Under the pieces are notes generated by a model. The model was not told where the DNA came from. It ran no database searches and was given only the letters and a program-made list of their open reading frames with translations. From a virus (Duplodnaviria > Caudoviricetes), in the IMG/VR virus record IMGVR_UViG_3300024046_000025, positions 13,511-77,510 of that record: a stretch of DNA of 64,000 nt; one strand, given 5' to 3'. Numbering within the stretch: the stretch's first letter is position 1; each line of letters begins with the position of its first letter. Of the stretch, positions 61,901 to 64,000 are shown one piece after another. A program made the translations under genes and the position numbers.

Positions 61901-62915
61901 CGATCTGCCGCCCGGCGATCCGCGTGCGGCCTCGCTGACGCGCGCCGTCGTGTTTGGAGCCCCTGACGCGATATTGATGGACCTGCCGCAACTGACCGAG
62001 GATCAGCCGGCGCATCGCCCCTTCGCCGCAGCCCATGCCGTTCCATGGCCCGGCGAGATGGCGGTGTTCCGCAGCCCTTCGACCGATGGGTTCGACTTGC
62101 TGACCACGTTCGGCAGTCGCGCCCGGATCGGGGCGCTGGTCTCGGACCTCTATCCGGGCCCCACCTCGCGCTTCGACCTCGGCAATGCGCTTCTCGTCGA
62201 CTTTCTGACCGGCACGCTGGAAAGCGTCACCGACCTGACGCTGTTCGGTGGGGCGAACGCGCTGGCCATCGAGAGCGCGCCGGGCGTCTGGGAGATCGTG
62301 CAGGCGGGCGCGGCGGAGCTGCTGGCGCCCGGCCGGTATCAGTTCACCCGGCTATTGCGTGGCCAGCGGGGTACCGAAGCTGCGATGGGCAATCCGGCGC
62401 CCGCTGGTGCGCGGGTGGTTGTGCTGGACGAGAGCCTTGCCTCGCTGCCGGTCGCCGAGGCCGATCTCGGCATCCCGTGGAACTGGCGCATCGGACCGGC
62501 AAGCCGTCCGGTCAGCGACGAGACCTATATTGCCATGAGCTTCACGCCCGAGGGCGTGGGGCTCCGGCCGTTCTCGGTCGTTCATGTCGAGCAGCCATGG
62601 CGAGAACCCCGGACACCGGGTGATCTCACGATCCGCTGGACCCGCCGTTCACGATCCCTTTCGGCCGACAACTGGGGCACCGGCGAGGTGCCGCTCGCCG
62701 AGGAGGTCGAAGTCTATGAGGTCGAGATCCTCGACGGTCCAGCCGTCAAGCGAACCTTGGCCGCCGCCAGCACCAGCGTGGTCTACACCGCCACCCAACA
62801 GATTACCGACTGGGGCGCACCGCTCGGCCCCGGCGACACGCTGACCGTCCGCATCTTCCAGCTCTCCGCCCTGTTCGGGCGGGGTGCGCCCAAGACCGTC
62901 ACGCTGACATTCTGA
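58950..62915 (+). CDS. GTA-like baseplate multidomain (TIM-barrel + phage tail) protein, 1321 aa
   Basis: YRGTAYVVFE, YAADWSEY, GIDNYMPLSDW, TELGCPAIDRG, LLRGQRGTE. Confidence 0.9.
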   Translation: MATLVLGIAGAAIGGSIGGAILGVSAATIGGFIGSSIGSVVDSWIISSLAPTQRIEGARLDTLRITSSTEGAVIPRLYGRMRMGGNIIWATDFREETRTTTQGGGKGGGGGKVRTTEYLYYASFAVALCEGTITGIGRIWADGKPMDLSGVTWRWYPGDEGQTADPFMAAKMGALSTPAYRGTAYVVFEELPLSSYGNRLPQLSFEVFRPLADPDTAEGLTRAVTLIPASGEFTYATQAIRKTDGGATQAENLNALPDATDIVVALDRLQAMVPAVESVSLVVAWFGDDLRAGSCKVRPGVEVSAKSTTPLSWSVNGVSRANAFLVSRDDQDRPVYGGTPSDFAVVQAIQEMRARGLRVTFYPFILMDVPPGNTLPNPYSDNAAGTGQPAFPWRGRITCSPAAGYAGTVDKTAAAAAQVSALFGAATPANFSVSGQSVVWTGPSGDWGLRRMVLHYAHLCAAAGGVDAFLIGTEMPGLTTSRSGASTYPAVQAYRDLASDIRSILGAGTKIGYAADWSEYFGHQPGDGSGDVFFHLDPLWADPEIDFIGIDNYMPLSDWRDGFEHADAAAGWPAIYDRAYLQANIAGGEGFDWFYASAADRSVQIRTPITDGAAGKPWVFRYKDLRAWWSNPHFNRPDGVESATPTAWTPQSKPIRFTELGCPAIDRGTNQPNVFFDPKSSESFTPYFSRGWRDDAIQRAYLEASYLWWGEAANNPVSVVYGGRMVHVPECAAWTWDARPYPFFPELTGVWTDGPNWRLGHWLTGRLGAVSLAALVRHLCLRAGLPESRIDVSGLWGAVEGYAITALESPRASITTLSRHFGFDAVETEGVIRFVMRGRAAVATLAPDDLVAAREGDVLELTRGQETELPQALKWQLARADEDYDAALVEARRITVDTTRIASESFPMAVPPEEAERRCRRALMEAWVGRETAAFRLPPSRLALDPADAIRLAHDGREIEFRLVSVADAEARGVEAIRQDRATYDLPPGDPRAASLTRAVVFGAPDAILMDLPQLTEDQPAHRPFAAAHAVPWPGEMAVFRSPSTDGFDLLTTFGSRARIGALVSDLYPGPTSRFDLGNALLVDFLTGTLESVTDLTLFGGANALAIESAPGVWEIVQAGAAELLAPGRYQFTRLLRGQRGTEAAMGNPAPAGARVVVLDESLASLPVAEADLGIPWNWRIGPASRPVSDETYIAMSFTPEGVGLRPFSVVHVEQPWREPRTPGDLTIRWTRRSRSLSADNWGTGEVPLAEEVEVYEVEILDGPAVKRTLAAASTSVVYTATQQITDWGAPLGPGDTLTVRIFQLSALFGRGAPKTVTLTF

Positions 62916-62923
62916 GAACGCCC

Positions 62924-64000
62924 ATGTCCGACGCCACGACCCATCTGCTGCTGCCCTACATCCTGGCGGCGCAAGCCCAGAAGCATGTCACCCACAACGA
63001 GGCGCTGCGGCTGCTCGACGGGCTCGTGCAGCTCTCCGTCCTCGACCGGGATCAGACCGCGCCGCCCGGCAGCCCCACCGACGGCGACCGCTACATCGTC
63101 GCCTCCGGCGCCACCGGGGTGTGGGCGGGCTGGGATCTGAACGTCGCGCTCTGGACCGATGGGACCTGGCTTCGCCTTCCGCCGCGGACCGGCTGGCGGG
63201 CATGGGTGGAGGACGAGGGATTACTGCTGGTCTATGACGGTTCCGTCTGGATCGGCACGACGCCCAGCGAGCTGCAGAACATGGTGCTGCTCGGTCTCGG
63301 AACCACCGCCGATGCGGCCAATCCGTTCTCGGCCAAGCTCAATGCCGCGCTCTGGACCGCCAGGACCATCGCCGAAGGGGGCACCGGCGATCTGTTCTAC
63401 ACCATGAACAAGGAGGCCGCCGCTCGCGACCTCGGGCTCACCCTCCAGACCGCCTACGTTACCAAGGCGCTGATGGGCCTGTTTGGTTCGGACAGGTTCC
63501 GGCTCGCGGTCTCCGCCGACGGCAGTAGCTTCTTCGACGGACTGATCGTCGACAACGCCACCGGCATCGTCGACCAGCCCCGGCTGCCGCGCTTCAAGGG
63601 CCATACCAACTACGACAACTATGTCGCCGTCGACACCTGGACGAAGATCGGCATCAACAACACCGACTACAACGATCAGAGCGCCTTCGACGCCGGCAAC
63701 AACCGTTTCGTCGCTCCGGTCGGCGGCACCTACCTCTTCGGCGCCACGCTGCTCTACAAGGTCAATTCCAGCACCACGGCGCGCATGCGCGGACGGCTGG
63801 TACTGAACGGCTCGACCGAAATCCGAGGATCGTTCGGCGAGATATCCGGCGCGCACGCCTCCGAGGCGACGGCGCTCTGGCTGCAGACCATGGTACTCCT
63901 TGCTCCTGGCGACACGGTCGAGCTGCAGGGCACCTTTCGCGTGGCCGACGGGTATTTCGTCGCCGATCATACGTCATTCTGGGGCTGCAAGGTTGGCTGA
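62924..64000 (+). CDS. DUF2793-domain tail fibre protein, 358 aa
   Basis: LPYILAAQAQKHVTHNEALRLLDGLVQL; C1q-like C-terminus; stop codon at 63998-64000. Confidence 0.85.
   Translation: MSDATTHLLLPYILAAQAQKHVTHNEALRLLDGLVQLSVLDRDQTAPPGSPTDGDRYIVASGATGVWAGWDLNVALWTDGTWLRLPPRTGWRAWVEDEGLLLVYDGSVWIGTTPSELQNMVLLGLGTTADAANPFSAKLNAALWTARTIAEGGTGDLFYTMNKEAAARDLGLTLQTAYVTKALMGLFGSDRFRLAVSADGSSFFDGLIVDNATGIVDQPRLPRFKGHTNYDNYVAVDTWTKIGINNTDYNDQSAFDAGNNRFVAPVGGTYLFGATLLYKVNSSTTARMRGRLVLNGSTEIRGSFGEISGAHASEATALWLQTMVLLAPGDTVELQGTFRVADGYFVADHTSFWGCKVG

Larger units (their letters stand above)
20860..64000. mobile_element. Prophage 2: long-tailed temperate phage with lambda-type head and GTA-like tail (right end outside window; left boundary approximate)
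   Basis: Recombinase, repressor, replication, cos, terminase GpA, portal, protease-capsid, tail tube, tape measure and baseplate genes in canonical order. Confidence 0.9.

Noticed and set aside
55618-62915. A bona fide gene transfer agent
   Set aside because: The tail genes are linked to an integrase, repressor, replication genes and a cos-type terminase, which indicates a prophage.

Overview
The window is alphaproteobacterial-looking, high-GC DNA made almost entirely of two adjacent prophages separated by a tRNA-Ser(GCT) gene (20705-20797). LEFT (1 to ~20.6 kb) is the late half of a P22-like short-tailed (podovirus-type) prophage: terminase C-terminus, portal, scaffold, coat, tail-machine and ejection proteins, a virion cell-wall hydrolase, tail fibre and lysis genes. 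It carries two accessory blocks. One is four small antisense membrane proteins among the ejection genes. The other, past the lysis genes, is a complete luxR-luxI quorum-sensing pair with a lux-box-like palindrome and a radC gene starting 2 nt after the luxI stop, followed by a small operon with a perfect alphaproteobacterial LexA box. RIGHT (~20.9 kb to 64 kb, running off the window) is a long-tailed prophage. In order it has a DUF3883 nuclease, a serine recombinase/DUF2924 module, an XRE + ImmA/IrrE switch, two unknown genes, recombination and replication genes, and a candidate IHF-flanked origin. After these come a lambda-like cos site, two DNA methyltransferases (the C5 enzyme has a second fully overlapping open frame carrying a motif-IX-like segment), lambda-type head genes, an antisense PLD-family gene, and a GTA-like tail/baseplate with an embedded lysis cassette. 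The most promising candidate novel system is the apparently prophage-borne luxR-luxI-radC cassette next to an SOS-controlled operon. All protein assignments come from motifs read by eye and from synteny. No database search was run, and comparisons to named reference sequences are from memory.
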